A DNA stretch of 64,000 bases from a virus, in IMG/VR virus record IMGVR_UViG_3300025317_000002, positions 1 to 64,000 of that record; one strand, written 5' to 3'. This document shows positions 9,229 through 19,089 of this stretch, one piece after another; position 1 is the stretch's first letter; every line of letters starts with the position of its first letter. A program made the translations under genes and the position numbers. The notes under the pieces are model-generated. The model was given only the letters and a program-made list of their open reading frames with translations, did not search any database and was not told the origin of the DNA.

Positions 9229-9828
9229 ATGGCATTTACGGACCAGCAGCTCACAGATATTCAAAGCGACTTTATCAAGATGCGAGATGCCCTTGTAAAG
9301 TTGCTTACAAAGGTTCCTCCTCCTGCTGCTTTAACAGTCGGGACTCCTACCTCTGGAGGAAACGTAGATGCTGGATTTCATGCTTATGCTTACTCTTTTG
9401 TAGGACCAGCAGGGGAATCTGTCCTTAGTCCTCTTGCAGGAGTGAACATCGCAACCAACAAGACTGTGCCTCTTACAGCCATTGCTCTTGGTCCCACTGG
9501 AACGACAGCAAGAAATCTCTACCGTACCACAGCAGATACGGTTACTTTTAAGCTTGTTCCAACCGGAACAAGTCTTGCGGACAATACGTCAACGACCTTC
9601 ACAGATGACAAGATAGACACGGACTTGACTACCTCCCCTCCTACAGATCCGGCTTTAGCTGTTACAGATCAGTATACTTTGAAATCTGATTTGGATTATT
9701 CAGGAGGTCAGGTGTTGGAGCATTGGGTTTATGAAAATGCTGGGAAAGGCATAACTCTTTCTATTTCAAAGAACAGAAACTTTGGTCTGGATATTCGGAT
9801 CTCTCAAGATCCAAACCGGCCAAACTAG
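9229..9828 (+). CDS. Virion surface/decoration protein with FN3-like module, paralogue of 8651
   Basis: HAYAYSFV..GESVLS...GPTGTTARNLYRT...DNTSTTFTDDKIDTDL. Confidence 0.7.
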   Translation: MAFTDQQLTDIQSDFIKMRDALVKLLTKVPPPAALTVGTPTSGGNVDAGFHAYAYSFVGPAGESVLSPLAGVNIATNKTVPLTAIALGPTGTTARNLYRTTADTVTFKLVPTGTSLADNTSTTFTDDKIDTDLTTSPPTDPALAVTDQYTLKSDLDYSGGQVLEHWVYENAGKGITLSISKNRNFGLDIRISQDPNRPN

Positions 9829-9842
9829 AAAAGAGACTGTAG

Positions 9843-10406
9843 ATGGACGCGACGGATGTGATTCAGGAATTCTCAGGGTTTGGGGGAATCTCTATGACAG
9901 AAGAACCCAAGTCCATTCGGGAAACTCTTCCAAACCATCTTTTCCTTTATGAAGGGAAAGGAGAAGTTCCTATCTTTCCACAAGCTCCGTCTGCACAGTC
10001 TGTGCTTCAGAGTCCAGTCGAAACTTACCCTCAGTTTCAATGGGATCAGGAGACTGAGTCTACCTCGAAGTCAGTTACTCACGAGGCTTATGTCCCTCCC
10101 CAGCCCTTGACCGAGGCTCAGATAATTGATGAGCTGACCAACATTCTAAGAACTCTCTATGCACGAACGAACCCTATGACGGAAGGAAGACAATTTCTGG
10201 ATCGCTTTATTCAGAAGATGTCTTGTCTAAACGAGAGCAAGAACCCTCAAGGAAAGGTGAGATCAAAGCAAGCTGCTTTACCCCTACCCTCCCAGCAGGT
10301 CCCCTTACAAGAAGCTTGGATTCCAATGCCTCGTTCGGTAGTTCCCCTCATGAGGGCATCTCCCGAGTTTATTGTGCAAGGTCTTCTTGAAAGGGGATGG
10401 AGGTAG
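9843..10406 (+). CDS. Putative prohead core protein
   Basis: Immediately upstream of the protease; several L-x-E sites (PLTEA, CLNES, PLQEA). Confidence 0.5.
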   Translation: MDATDVIQEFSGFGGISMTEEPKSIRETLPNHLFLYEGKGEVPIFPQAPSAQSVLQSPVETYPQFQWDQETESTSKSVTHEAYVPPQPLTEAQIIDELTNILRTLYARTNPMTEGRQFLDRFIQKMSCLNESKNPQGKVRSKQAALPLPSQQVPLQEAWIPMPRSVVPLMRASPEFIVQGLLERGWR

Positions 10407-10407
10407 C

Positions 10408-11823
10408 GTGGAAAAGACTACGCTCATAGATACAATTTCCTTTGTTCCTAGAACCTTGGATGAAGGAGTGAACGCTCAGGGAGAGAAAGTTCTTCTTGTC
10501 TCAGGCCATGGCCAAAAGGTAGAGTCCCGGAATAAAAATGGTCGGATCTATCCAAGAGCGATCTGGGAACGGATTCCACGAGATCCCCAGGTTCTTGTTA
10601 GGCTAGAGGAAAGAGGGATGTATAGTGAGTTCCCTCATCCGAAAGAGGGGGTTGCTACTCCCCTCAAAGACAAGATCTGCGGAATTATCACAGAAATCAA
10701 GCCCCCGGATGAAGAAGGGTGGGTTGACATTGTAGCAGAAGTTGGTCGAAACACTCCAGCCGGGGAGTTTGTGGCAGCGTGCTTCGAGAATAAGTGGAAG
10801 ATGGGGATTTCCTCAAGAGGAAGAGGAACAGTAAGAACCACGCCCGACGGCGGAATCGTTGAAGACGATTACGAATTCATTACGTTTGACTTTGTCTTGG
10901 ATGAAAGCACACCTGGGGCTAACCCTAGGCCTGCTGTGTCCGAGTCAACAGATGAACTCACGGAGAATACAATCATGGATAAAATCGCCCAGTTGACGGG
11001 AATCAAACAACTGGTAGAGTCTCTTGACAATATTACCGCCATGACCGACTTCGGGAAAGTCCAGGAGGTTTTGGTTCGACAGGAGATCGAGATCTCCAGG
11101 CTTAGCAAAGAGGACTCTGCCTCTCTTGATCCTTTGATCCGTCCCATCAAAGAGAGCATCGAAAAGATTCGAGACAAGATGCACGCCGCCAAGGTAGCAA
11201 GCAACCCTCTCGTCACAAATCTCAGACGAGAGTGTCAAGATCTTCGCTCACAAAATGAAAGTCTTCAAGCCAATCTCGAAGCAGCGGGAGAGATCATCGA
11301 ATCGATGCGGCTTCCCTATCATGCTGCTCGCTCTTTGGCTGAGGAACTTGCCATCCGAGCCCTCGAGCTCAAGGAATCCCAGGCCCCCACCCCCGAAGTT
11401 GTAGAGAGTGTGGTAAAGCGTGCTATTAGGGACAACCAAGATAGTGGTTTGCTCAAAGAGAATGTGCTCCTCAAAAAGAGACTCCAGGCTGCCAATGCTC
11501 TCTTTGAGGCACTACTTGATAAGCACACGGAAGATATTGTCGAGTCCTACATCGATTCTGTTGTTGCCGAGAAGCCTCACCTTCTTGGGGTAAAGTCAAT
11601 TCTTGAATCTTGCAAGACAAGAGAAGATGTGGCTGAACGAGTTGCTATTCTCGAGAAAGCCATCTCCGAAGAGGGGTTTCCGGAGGATCTTCCCCAAGGT
11701 CCTCAGGTTCCGACTCTCGTGGAATCCACGCTCCAGACCCGAGTTCCCCTCTATGAGAGTAATCAGGGGAACGATTTTACGTCGATGCTCACAAGGGAAC
11801 TCGTAGGCCGAATGGGCCGATAA
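10408..11823 (+). CDS. gp21: T4 gp21-type prohead protease fused to a gp22-like coiled-coil scaffold
   Basis: NKNGRIYP, SEFPHP (His), GISSRGRG (Ser), FITFDFV..STPGA; coiled-coil C-terminal half; GGAGG before GTG 10408. Confidence 0.92.
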   Translation: MEKTTLIDTISFVPRTLDEGVNAQGEKVLLVSGHGQKVESRNKNGRIYPRAIWERIPRDPQVLVRLEERGMYSEFPHPKEGVATPLKDKICGIITEIKPPDEEGWVDIVAEVGRNTPAGEFVAACFENKWKMGISSRGRGTVRTTPDGGIVEDDYEFITFDFVLDESTPGANPRPAVSESTDELTENTIMDKIAQLTGIKQLVESLDNITAMTDFGKVQEVLVRQEIEISRLSKEDSASLDPLIRPIKESIEKIRDKMHAAKVASNPLVTNLRRECQDLRSQNESLQANLEAAGEIIESMRLPYHAARSLAEELAIRALELKESQAPTPEVVESVVKRAIRDNQDSGLLKENVLLKKRLQAANALFEALLDKHTEDIVESYIDSVVAEKPHLLGVKSILESCKTREDVAERVAILEKAISEEGFPEDLPQGPQVPTLVESTLQTRVPLYESNQGNDFTSMLTRELVGRMGR

Positions 11824-11875
11824 GGACAGACTCCCTAAGTTCCCGTTTTTTTCAACTCTTCGAAAGGAGATCTAA

Positions 11876-13444
11876 ATGCTTACTACGATTGCCCAGCCTA
11901 TTACCGAGAAGAACTTGCAGCAATCCGTGCAGCATGGCTTCGAGCTGGCAAACGGGAAATGGAGCCCTCTGGTTAAGGGTCTCGATCCTTATAGGAAGAT
12001 GCTGACGGCCCTTATCATGGAGAGCACCAGAAATTTCATCGATAACCTCGATGAGACGACCCGAATCACCAGCATTGGTGCTTACGACAAGTATAACTTT
12101 CCCATGATCCGTGCAGTGGTTCCAAACCTCATTGCAACCGAGATCGCAACCGTCCAGCCTCTTAACGGACCTGCGGCACTTATTTTCTTCATGGAGTTCC
12201 TTTATGGAACGAGCAAGGGTGCCATTACAGCCGGGACTAAGATGTTCGATGTTCTCACTGGGCCGGATGCTACTGTGGATTATACCAGCGAGAAGGTCAG
12301 CAAGGAAAACGTTCTGAAAACGGACGGAACTGCTTTCTGGCCCACAACTGCGGCTGCTGGAACCTACTCAGGATACCTCAACAAGAAATGGCGTCCGATT
12401 CGTCCTGGCACCATGAAGATCTTCGAAGTTCTGACTACTGGTGCGGGTGCTATCACGAAGGTTCAAATTGCGCATGATAATGGATCTGGAAAGCTCATTG
12501 CAGATACTGCCATGTCGGCTGGGACGGTCGATGTGACCAGCTCCTCGGTTCACTACTCCGCAGTGGAAGACGCCAACAATCCCAACGTCAAGATCGTGAC
12601 TTTGACCAGCTCCCCGGATTCCAATGCCGATCCTGCTGCTACACTCGAGGTAGATTATGAGTTTATCTCGGAGGCCATGGTTGGGGACAACATTCCGGAT
12701 GTGGATATTCTCCTCACTTCGGCTCCGGTTACGGTCAAATCCAGGAAGATGAAGGCCCGCTGGTCTCTCGAAGCCGCCAACAACATGCGCTCTCAATATG
12801 GGGCGTTGGCAGATGTCGAGGTGACGGCTGCAATGGCCGAGAAGGTCAAGTTCGAGATTGACCGTGAGGTGATTAACACCATTCACTCGATCGCTCCTGC
12901 TGCTCATGTAGAGGAATTTGATCGGGTGAGCGCATCTTCCAACCCGAACATCTCCTATACCGAGCACAAGCTCAGGATGTATGATACCCTGGCAATGCTT
13001 TCCGGCAAGATCCTTAAAACCACAAAGAGAGTCCGTCCAAACTTCATTGTGGGAGATATAGAGTCTTGCAACATCTACAGGACAATGCCTGGGTTCAAGG
13101 CGTATCCTGCGGCTTCGACTGTGGGTGCTCAGAAGATCGGAGTTCTCAATAACCAGTATGTGGTCTTTGAGGACCCTTTCCTAACTCCTTCTCTTGCCAA
13201 TGGAGACACGCTTGCTGGAGGTGGGGGATTGGCAGCCGGAGTTTCAATTGTTGGATACAAGGGAGCTTCATTCCTCGAAGCTGGATTTGCCTATTGTCCT
13301 TATGTGCCCCTCCTCTTGACCCCCATTGTCACGTTGGATGACTTTGTGGGTCGGATTGGAGTGCTCACGCAGTACGCCACTAAGGTGATCAACCCCAACA
13401 TGTATGGGAAGGTCCTCTTGAAGAGCGCTGTGCCCGTTGCGTAA
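11876..13444 (+). CDS. gp23: Major capsid protein, T4 gp23 family
   Basis: PMIRAVVPNLIATEIATVQPLNGP, SRKMKARWSLEAA, KFEIDREVI, GFAYCPYVPL. Confidence 0.97.
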   Translation: MLTTIAQPITEKNLQQSVQHGFELANGKWSPLVKGLDPYRKMLTALIMESTRNFIDNLDETTRITSIGAYDKYNFPMIRAVVPNLIATEIATVQPLNGPAALIFFMEFLYGTSKGAITAGTKMFDVLTGPDATVDYTSEKVSKENVLKTDGTAFWPTTAAAGTYSGYLNKKWRPIRPGTMKIFEVLTTGAGAITKVQIAHDNGSGKLIADTAMSAGTVDVTSSSVHYSAVEDANNPNVKIVTLTSSPDSNADPAATLEVDYEFISEAMVGDNIPDVDILLTSAPVTVKSRKMKARWSLEAANNMRSQYGALADVEVTAAMAEKVKFEIDREVINTIHSIAPAAHVEEFDRVSASSNPNISYTEHKLRMYDTLAMLSGKILKTTKRVRPNFIVGDIESCNIYRTMPGFKAYPAASTVGAQKIGVLNNQYVVFEDPFLTPSLANGDTLAGGGGLAAGVSIVGYKGASFLEAGFAYCPYVPLLLTPIVTLDDFVGRIGVLTQYATKVINPNMYGKVLLKSAVPVA

Positions 13445-13532
13445 CGCAATCTCCATCTGGTGCCACGGGTCAGGAGGCTTTTTTGATTTGCTTCTCCTGG
13501 TCTCCTGGCCAACAGGCACCTTCGAGAATGTT

Positions 13533-14246
13533 ATGCCCTTTGATGCAATATATCTCAAAGCATACGCCAAGAGAAAGCTTGGATATTCCTCCACAGGCAT
13601 CGAAGTGGAGTTAGACGACGATCAGCTTCAAGATTCCATCGACGATGCTCTGGAGATCTATGGAAGATTCAAGCCCAAGCGTCTGAGAGGCATTATTACA
13701 GTCTCCATGGGAGTAGAAGCATATGACCTCGGCACACTCTTGATCCCACCTCCGAGAGGAGTTTTGGAGTTGCAATGGAGGCACATGGGAGCAAATGTAG
13801 AGGCAATGGAGTTTACGAATCTTCTTCTTCACATGCCTCAGTTTCCCTTTGGGGACTTTCAGCACCTCGCCAGTGCCAAACAATGGCTGAAGACTCTATC
13901 TCGAGTAATAGGTACAGAGTCCGATTGGGAGTTTGATGAAGCATCTAAAAAGCTCTTCATTGCAAACATTCCTATCGACGCTGATAAAGCCATGATTTAC
14001 TACATTGTAGATCCAGCACTCTCTGACATTCCGAATAGCGAGCAAAGATACATCAAAGACCTCGTCTTGGCTGAATCCATGCTCAACCTTGCTTTTGTTC
14101 GTGGAAAGCATAAAGGAATTCCTACCCCTGTAGGAAACATCTCCATGAATGCCAAAGAGCTAGAGGAAAGAGGAAGCTTCCTCAAAGCAACTACAGTCGA
14201 GAATATTCAGAGAACGAGCCTTGAGCCCGTTCCCATGATTGGGTAG
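13533..14246 (+). CDS. Neck/head-tail adaptor, T4 gp13-like
   Basis: LKAYAKRKLG...IEVELDDDQLQDSIDDAL...VRGKH; directly after the capsid gene. Confidence 0.8.
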   Translation: MPFDAIYLKAYAKRKLGYSSTGIEVELDDDQLQDSIDDALEIYGRFKPKRLRGIITVSMGVEAYDLGTLLIPPPRGVLELQWRHMGANVEAMEFTNLLLHMPQFPFGDFQHLASAKQWLKTLSRVIGTESDWEFDEASKKLFIANIPIDADKAMIYYIVDPALSDIPNSEQRYIKDLVLAESMLNLAFVRGKHKGIPTPVGNISMNAKELEERGSFLKATTVENIQRTSLEPVPMIG

Positions 14247-14248
14247 GT

Positions 14249-14818
14249 ATGATTGAATTTACTGGAGAGATGCGCCTAAACGGTAAAGCTCCGAAATCCT
14301 TTCCAAGGGGATCTGAGGTCTTCGGGTCCCTCTTTGATAGTGCCCTCAAGGCCAAGCAAAACGTCTCAAAGAGGATAGCTGAGAGGGTAGCTGAGCTTGC
14401 AAAAGAAGTTCTTGAGAAGCAAGTTTATCGTTCTCAATGGGAAGACCTCTCCGAGACATACTCTGATTGGAAAGAGAGACAAAACCTTGACCCAAGAACC
14501 TTGATCTCAACTGGAGAATACTTGGACTCGATCAAGGCCAGAGTCAGGCATTATCCCACAAGATACTTTGTGGGACCAGATCCTGAGGCTACGCATAAAG
14601 ATTCGGGTCTACCTTTCAAGAAGCTCATGCGAATGCATGAGTATGGTTTCGAGGACCCTGCGCGCGGTGTCAGGATTCCAGCTCGACCTTTCTGGAGGCC
14701 CTTTGCGGAAGAGGTCAGAATTTGGATCGAAGATGAAATTACAACCAACTTCAAGTTAGAAGTCATGGCTAACATGAAACGAGACTACCCAGGTGGGCCC
14801 TGGGTCAAAGACATTTAG
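14249..14818 (+). CDS. Virion morphogenesis / tail completion protein (HK97 gp10 / Mu gpG-like)
   Basis: LISTGEYLDSI...MHEYG...IPARPFWRP. Confidence 0.75.
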   Translation: MIEFTGEMRLNGKAPKSFPRGSEVFGSLFDSALKAKQNVSKRIAERVAELAKEVLEKQVYRSQWEDLSETYSDWKERQNLDPRTLISTGEYLDSIKARVRHYPTRYFVGPDPEATHKDSGLPFKKLMRMHEYGFEDPARGVRIPARPFWRPFAEEVRIWIEDEITTNFKLEVMANMKRDYPGGPWVKDI

Positions 14819-14819
14819 A

Positions 14820-15134
14820 ATGACACCGATAGAGTATGGTATACATCTTCTGGAAAGTGGTAAGACACCTAAAGAAACGATCAAGGATCTCATCGAGATC
14901 TACGCGTCTGGTGCAGGGACACTCACCGGCAAGATGGTGAAATGTCACAGAGATGGTTGTAACAGGATGCTCCACTTAGGAGATGCTTCCTGGCGAATTG
15001 GGGCGCACAACTATTGCCCGGAGCATGCAAGAAAACACAAAGGGGAGCTTGAGAAAGTAAGACGGGTAGATCTTCTAAGAGCTAAGGACGGAACGACATG
15101 GCCGTTATCAAATCCAGAGCAGCTCTTGTTTTGA
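14820..15134 (+). CDS. Small Zn-finger protein with the shared N-terminal tag
   Basis: IHLLESGKTPKETIKDLIE; CHRDGC...YCPEH. Confidence 0.6.
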   Translation: MTPIEYGIHLLESGKTPKETIKDLIEIYASGAGTLTGKMVKCHRDGCNRMLHLGDASWRIGAHNYCPEHARKHKGELEKVRRVDLLRAKDGTTWPLSNPEQLLF

Positions 15135-15769
15135 GGGCACACGATGAAGCTCTGGTAAGGTATCTTGGCTCTCTCACAACGGATAGTGGAAACCCACTTC
15201 GAGTGATTTATGCGGCACCTCATCAAGCCTTCTCCCAGATGAAGGATCGCTATGGCACAATGGATAGGGTTCCACTTCCAATTGCAAGTATCTTTAGAGT
15301 GATAGACCCCTCTGTGGATTATTCCAGATGGACTAGGTCTCATGGAGCAATGCTCAGGCATCTGGCATATGCAGATTCTGAGAATAAGCTGATGAAAACA
15401 TCAGCGCTTCCGATTCCGATTTACATGCTCTACCACGCTGATCTCTGGGCCAGTGCAGACTGGGATATAAGTTCAATTCTGTTCCAGATCTCTATGGCAG
15501 AAGGTATCTCAGGTAGAGTCTATAGGCAAGTGGATATGGGAGATATTTGGGGAAAGAAATATGTTCCTTTTTATCCCAAGACTCCCATAAACAACTCAGA
15601 TTTGATTGGGGGAATAGACACAAGTATCACACTTAGGAAAACCATTCCCTTCGAGTGTCGAGGTTGGCTATCTCCTGACGTTATCAACTTAAGGACAGTT
15701 CTTACAGGGGAAACTCAGGTTCTTGATCTTGAGACTGAGACTGAACTCGATGTTTGGACAGAGACCTGA
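15098..15769 (+). CDS. Tail terminator / sheath stabiliser, T4 gp15-like
   Basis: VPLPIASI...PIPIYMLY..DLW...LRKTIPFECRGW; upstream of the sheath gene. Confidence 0.6.
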   Translation: MAVIKSRAALVLRAHDEALVRYLGSLTTDSGNPLRVIYAAPHQAFSQMKDRYGTMDRVPLPIASIFRVIDPSVDYSRWTRSHGAMLRHLAYADSENKLMKTSALPIPIYMLYHADLWASADWDISSILFQISMAEGISGRVYRQVDMGDIWGKKYVPFYPKTPINNSDLIGGIDTSITLRKTIPFECRGWLSPDVINLRTVLTGETQVLDLETETELDVWTET

Positions 15770-15792
15770 TCCAAACCTTAAAGGAGCTTACT

Positions 15793-16152
15793 ATGAGCGC
15801 GATTGACCAGTATCTCAATATGATCCTCGTTGAGGGTTACAGTCCCTCTGATGTAGCAAACCTCATTTTGGAGGGAACTGACCCCGAGGAGTTTTCATTT
15901 GAGGGAGAAGTGGAAGACCGAACCAATCACCCCGCCGAAGGCGGCGTGGAAGATGTGCCGTATGAGTCTATTGCTTCGATTGATGTCCTCAAGGAAGATG
16001 GGGTATGGATGGTGCGCACATTTGACGCAGAGGGCAACTCCACAGGTGAAACGGTTCACGGAGCAGGTCCCGCAGGATGGGCGGCAGCCTACAAAGACTG
16101 CATGAGTCGTGGAGCCGCTAATGTGCGTCTCCCTGGCGCAGATGAAATGTAA
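15793..16152 (+). CDS. Acidic protein with the shared N-terminal tag
   Basis: AAGGAG RBS; IDQYLNMILVEGYSPSDVANLILEG. Confidence 0.7.
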   Translation: MSAIDQYLNMILVEGYSPSDVANLILEGTDPEEFSFEGEVEDRTNHPAEGGVEDVPYESIASIDVLKEDGVWMVRTFDAEGNSTGETVHGAGPAGWAAAYKDCMSRGAANVRLPGADEM

Positions 16153-16164
16153 GAGGGTTTTACG

Positions 16165-16437
16165 ATGCCCAAGAAATCTAACGAGACCCATGAGGAGGAG
16201 ATCACTTCCACTCAGGAAGAATTTACCTCTCTTCCGGAAGCTCCTCCGACACTTCAGTTTAGAATTACGAATGTGGCCCCTATTCCTGTAAGCCTCCCTT
16301 TGGCACTTCCGGGAAAACGGGAATTCATGACTTACTTTCTGGATGTAAAGACAAGTCTCATTGTCGAGGAATCTCAGATTACAGAGGGAACTAAAACCTT
16401 TGAGCGAAATGGATACATCTCCATTATTACTTTGTAA
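16165..16437 (+). CDS. Hypothetical protein before the tail sheath gene
   Basis: GAGGG RBS; fills the gap before the sheath gene. Confidence 0.65.
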   Translation: MPKKSNETHEEEITSTQEEFTSLPEAPPTLQFRITNVAPIPVSLPLALPGKREFMTYFLDVKTSLIVEESQITEGTKTFERNGYISIITL

Positions 16438-16464
16438 TTTGGGTTAGGAAGACAGGAGGGCTAT

Positions 16465-18720
16465 ATGGCAGCAGGATTTGTAATACCAGGAACTCCCTTC
16501 ATAGAGAATGATATTTCTCTCTATGCCCCTTCGCTCTCTCCGACTGTCATGGCCTATGTTGGGGTAGCATCAAAGGGAGATTTGAACAAGGTTTTGGATC
16601 TCGTTTCGATTGATGACGAGCTTTACCAGCTTGGCCGCCCCAAAATTAACCACCTTGCTTGGTTTGGTGGAAGGGAAACTTTCAGACAAGCCAGTCTCGT
16701 AAAATTCATTCGAATTGCTGAGGCTGTTTCTCCTCCTACAAATGCGCTGACACTCGCCAATGCCACTGCAGGCGGAAGTCTCACTGTAAGCAAGGCATAT
16801 CAGTATAAGTATACGGCTGTCCATGCTGCTGGTGAGTCTGCCCCATCTTCCGCAGTTACGGCAGCAGGAGGACAGATTCCAAATGGAAGCAATCTCACCA
16901 TTCCGGTTACGATTCCCGCTGGGCCGACCGGCACGCTCTCCCGCAAGCTCTATAGATCGGGAGATAGTGGAGTTACCTTTACATTGGTTGTGACGATTTC
17001 TCACAATAACTCCATCACCCACAGCGATGGTGCTTCAGATACCTCTATTGCCTCCAATGCCAATCCCCCACTTATTGGAGCACCTAATGTAGTTAAGGCT
17101 ACCGTATCTGTTCAGGTAGATCCCCTTACGAACGTAGATGTGCCTTCTACGGCCTTAACTGTTGTCGCTGGAGGAACTGGAGGCAATCTTGGGACTGGAC
17201 TATATCAATATAAATGGAGCTTCGTCTATCCGGAAGGAGAGTCCGATCTCAATGCAGCCGCAGCTACTGTAACGCCCACTTCTGGTCAAGTTGTAACTAT
17301 CTCTGACATCGTGGCGGGAACTGGAGCCATTGCCAGAAAGATCTATCGCACAACTTCTGGCGGCTCAACCTTCAAGTTCTTGGTCTACATCGATGACAAT
17401 ACTACTACCTCTTTCGTGGATGGTTTTGCAGATGCCTCTTTGGGAGCTGATTTCTCCTCAGCGGCAGCGAAGAAGGCTGCATTTCGGGTAAGAGCCCTGA
17501 CACCTGGAAGTGGACATAACAACACCAAGGCCAGAACCTCAGCAGGAACGACTTCTGGCAAATACAAGCTCACTGTGATCGAGCCCTATACTGGGACTAT
17601 TGTTGAGATTTGGGACAACTGGATGGTAGATTCAACCAAGACGGATCACATCACCTCTGTCATCAAGAATTCCCAGTATATCGAGATCATCAATGCCTCG
17701 ACCTCAGCCGTGAATCCAGTTCTCTCTTCTACTTCGGATGTAACGGATGGTTACAAACTAACAGGAGGCACCGATGGAGATACAGCACCTTCTGCCACGG
17801 ATTATACGGGTGGAGCAGATTCTACAAAGGGAGCCCAGCTTCTCAGGAACAAAGCGGAGGTCAAGATTAACCTCCTTTCTATCCCCGGTCAGTCTTCCGG
17901 AACTGTAGCAAGAGAAATTATAGACATAGCAAGTTCCAGGGGAGACTGCTTGGCTATTGTAGATCCTCCTCAAGGCTACACACATACCCAAGCTATTTCC
18001 TGGCACAATGACCCAGATGGAAATGGAAGCCAGGCACTTAATTCAAGCTATGGGGCTACGTTTTGGCCTTGGCTTGGAATGAACGATCCTTACTCCCAAA
18101 CGGAGCTTGCAGTTCCCCCTTCCGTCTTTATGGGAGCCGTCTTTGCCTACAATGATTTCATTGCTGCTCCTTGGTTTGCAGCGGCAGGCCCCAATCGGGG
18201 CAAGATTCCCAATGCTGTTGGGCTTGAGAAGCTCGCTTCAGGAGTAAGAAGGCAATCCCCCAACGAAGGACAAATCACCCTCCTCTATAGTGGCGGTAAC
18301 TCTATAAATGCCATCGTGAACGTGGCTGGAGAGGGACTCATGGTGGATGGCAACCGAACTCTCCTTCGGACTCCTAAAGCAACAGATCGTATCAATGTGA
18401 GGAGACTCCTTGCTGCTATCAAGATCCAGTTTGCTAAGGTCATTAAGTTTCTTCAGTATGACCCGGCTGACCCAATTACTTGGAGAACCTATACTCGGAT
18501 GGCGGATTCTATCCTTCGGCCTATTAAGGAGAAGCGAGGACTAAGAGATTACAAGATCGTCTGTGACCGCTCCACAAATACGGATGATGTAATCAACAAC
18601 AACATAGTTAAAGGCAAGATATTTCTAAAGCCTACCAAATCAGCCGAAATTATTCTGACTGAATTTGTCATTGCCGAACAGGGAACAGATTTTACCGAGC
18701 TCTTTGACATTGCTGCATAA
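16465..18720 (+). CDS. gp18: Contractile tail sheath protein with two inserted FN3-like modules
   Basis: PGTPFIENDIS, SSYGATFWPW, APWFAAAGPNRG, DRINVRRL, IFLKPTKSAEII. Confidence 0.95.
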   Translation: MAAGFVIPGTPFIENDISLYAPSLSPTVMAYVGVASKGDLNKVLDLVSIDDELYQLGRPKINHLAWFGGRETFRQASLVKFIRIAEAVSPPTNALTLANATAGGSLTVSKAYQYKYTAVHAAGESAPSSAVTAAGGQIPNGSNLTIPVTIPAGPTGTLSRKLYRSGDSGVTFTLVVTISHNNSITHSDGASDTSIASNANPPLIGAPNVVKATVSVQVDPLTNVDVPSTALTVVAGGTGGNLGTGLYQYKWSFVYPEGESDLNAAAATVTPTSGQVVTISDIVAGTGAIARKIYRTTSGGSTFKFLVYIDDNTTTSFVDGFADASLGADFSSAAAKKAAFRVRALTPGSGHNNTKARTSAGTTSGKYKLTVIEPYTGTIVEIWDNWMVDSTKTDHITSVIKNSQYIEIINASTSAVNPVLSSTSDVTDGYKLTGGTDGDTAPSATDYTGGADSTKGAQLLRNKAEVKINLLSIPGQSSGTVAREIIDIASSRGDCLAIVDPPQGYTHTQAISWHNDPDGNGSQALNSSYGATFWPWLGMNDPYSQTELAVPPSVFMGAVFAYNDFIAAPWFAAAGPNRGKIPNAVGLEKLASGVRRQSPNEGQITLLYSGGNSINAIVNVAGEGLMVDGNRTLLRTPKATDRINVRRLLAAIKIQFAKVIKFLQYDPADPITWRTYTRMADSILRPIKEKRGLRDYKIVCDRSTNTDDVINNNIVKGKIFLKPTKSAEIILTEFVIAEQGTDFTELFDIAA

Positions 18721-18732
18721 GGAGAATCCTCA

Positions 18733-19089
18733 ATGAAGCGCAAACAAGACACCCAGTCGCTCGCGACTTATCTGAAGCCAGAAGCTTCAAGAGGATTCTT
18801 TACTCCTATGTCATGGAGCCCAGAAGACCTCTTGAACGAAGCCAGGCAATTCGACGGACCGACAGAATCTCTAAACAACCTGGATGAAGCTATGGAATTC
18901 CTGAAGCTCCAGGACCCAAACGAGCTTCTTGAAGTAAGAGTGCACGCAGGACCCTTTTCTCCGATTGCTACTTTCAGGGGGAAATCAAGTGAACTTCTCA
19001 GCCAACTTGGAAATATTACTCCTGAGCTTTTTCTTCGTGGTCTCTACCCAAGGGATGTGCATCGGGTGGATGTTACAGGTAAGGAATGA
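18733..19089 (+). CDS. Hypothetical protein
   Basis: AGGAG RBS; contains LLNEA and NLDEA. Confidence 0.7.
   Translation: MKRKQDTQSLATYLKPEASRGFFTPMSWSPEDLLNEARQFDGPTESLNNLDEAMEFLKLQDPNELLEVRVHAGPFSPIATFRGKSSELLSQLGNITPELFLRGLYPRDVHRVDVTGKE

Noticed and set aside
11794-11853. Intrinsic terminator between protease and capsid genes
   Set aside because: The GGGAACT/AGTTCCC arms are far apart and partly inside the CDS; the T-run alone is not enough
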